DNA of 64,000 nt. Source: Hydrolagus colliei. Lineage: Eukaryota. This document shows, piece by piece, positions 62,675 to 64,000 of this stretch. The position numbers and the translations under genes were made by a program. Location of the stretch: assembly GCA_035084275.1 (NCBI GenBank), contig CM068757.1, forward strand, positions 6,572,001-6,636,000, written 5' to 3'. Positions within the stretch are counted from its first letter, which is position 1. Each line of letters begins with the position of its first letter. The notes under the pieces are model-generated. The model saw only the letters and a list, made by a program, of their open reading frames with translations, did not search any database and was not told the origin of the DNA.

Positions 62675-64000
62675 AACAGTGAATTTGAAAGTTGGGCAAA
62701 TAAACATAAAATACCACAGAGCTAATCAGCAGCTGCTTCTAGCAGCAGAATTAGAAACTAAAACATAGCAAGGTTAAAGACAACACGGCTGAAGAAGGAT
62801 GTCACAAAAGTGGCCAGACAGAAATACCTTGGAAATAAAAGTAGTGAAGCCTGAGGTGGTCAAATCAAAAGCATTTAAAGTTAAAAGGAATACTGTATCA
62901 GTGGAAGTAATAGAAATAGAAAAGCAGACAGCCAGTACAGACAGGAGCTAATTTAGCTGCAGACAGCAGGTTAAAGGATCAGACGGCTATTTTAAGGGAA
63001 AGTTTAGAAAAAGCTATCGGAGCAGGAGACAGCAGGATTATTAAGAAGACTTTGAAATCAGTTTCCAGAGGGGAAGACTGCAGTCAAATTCCGGTCATGC
63101 ACTGAAGAACTTTTTAGCACAAATCATTTCCAGTAGAAGCAAGTGTTATTGAGGTAACTCAAATAATCAAAAATAATTGCACCTGTACGGCAGCTGGGCC
63201 AGTTGGGTTTTTCCCAAGCCCCTTAAACGACAGATGATTAGGCAAGTCTGTAAATATTTTGAAGGATGCAATAAACACAAGAGCCAAACTCAGGACCAGA
63301 GGACAGGAAACAGTCTCACCTTAGTCAAAAAAACAGGGAGACAAGAGCTTCTAAATTATAAGACGGTTGGTCTAACTCCAGTGAGGTCATGAACGCTAAG
63401 TTCAATCATGGAGACGTGTACATGAATGATGGATGGATGGATGAATATTCCGGACAATTTGCTGAAATTACTTGCTGGGAACAGAAAGGGTTTTTTTAAC
63501 AGATTTTTCTCCTAGAAACTAAAACGCATGGACTTACGTCCGTGATTTGCTAGGTTTTTATGCGGTTTGTAGAAGGAGTGGACTTGAAGGGGCAAAATAG
63601 TCTTTTCTCTTGCAATGATTTCGTTCTGGGTTCCAGAAAGATACGTACTCAAGAAAGACATGAATATTTAGCCCTGTTGCCCTCGTAGCACATACCATTT
63701 GGAAATTGGCAGAAGCAGAGTTCAGAGTCATCAGCTGAAAAATATAGTGTCCTCCCCGCCCCCGCCACCCCCCCCCCCCCCACCCCATCCTCTCCCAGGG
63801 CTGGTGTGCAGGACAACTTGACAATGTAAAGGTCAACGTGGCCATAAACAGGAGCATTCGAAACTGACTCTGTGCCTGGAACTGCGAAAAACCTCCTCAA
63901 AGTTGCGCTGCTCCTGAACCCTGTTCACACAAGCATCAATACTCAGCTCTAGTTTGAAACATTTTACGACGACGTTCATAGATGAAAATGCAAAAGTGAA

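Larger units (their letters stand above)
61910..63060 (-). mobile_element. Decayed L2 RT fragments (~61910-62200, ~62845-63060) interrupted by younger repeats
   Basis: Purine-rich plus strand with L2 antisense-like blocks (ATCAGCATCACATAGAA, TGCTGAGAGG, GAGGTGGTCAA, CTGTATCAGTGGA). Confidence 0.4.

Noticed and set aside
735-63900. ORF-track proteins as genes
   Set aside because: All are at most 185 aa and overlap on both strands. Recurrent peptides (e.g. LGKFPYST, QSIHFTVYSVK, IIILAFD) are SINE translations. No coherent exon chain was found.

Overview
Non-coding vertebrate genomic DNA, most likely from a cartilaginous fish (possibly a chimaera such as Callorhinchus; this is inferred from the repeat repertoire only). 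It is either a large intron or an intergenic region. I found no credible protein-coding gene: the ORF track is chance ORFs, SINE read-throughs and decayed LINE fragments. The window is dominated by retroposons: (i) a very abundant ~320-bp tRNA-headed SINE with an L2-type stem-loop/(TAT)n tail, in about 8 near-full copies plus many 3' fragments; (ii) older DeuSINE-, LF-SINE-, MER131- and AmnSINE2-like elements; (iii) short L2 3' ends with (TTG)n tails; (iv) decayed CR1/L2 ORF2 remnants; (v) one pogo/Tigger-like MITE; (vi) two Penelope-like pLTR fragments. The best 'hidden' signals are a minimal hammerhead-ribozyme core at 47879-47915, recurrent fold-back palindromes at truncated L2 5' junctions, covarying stem-loops among three L2-tail families, and a visible modular SINE lineage. 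Family names come from my recall of consensus sequences, not from a database search. Boundaries of decayed elements are approximate. I do not see evidence for a wholly new multi-gene system.
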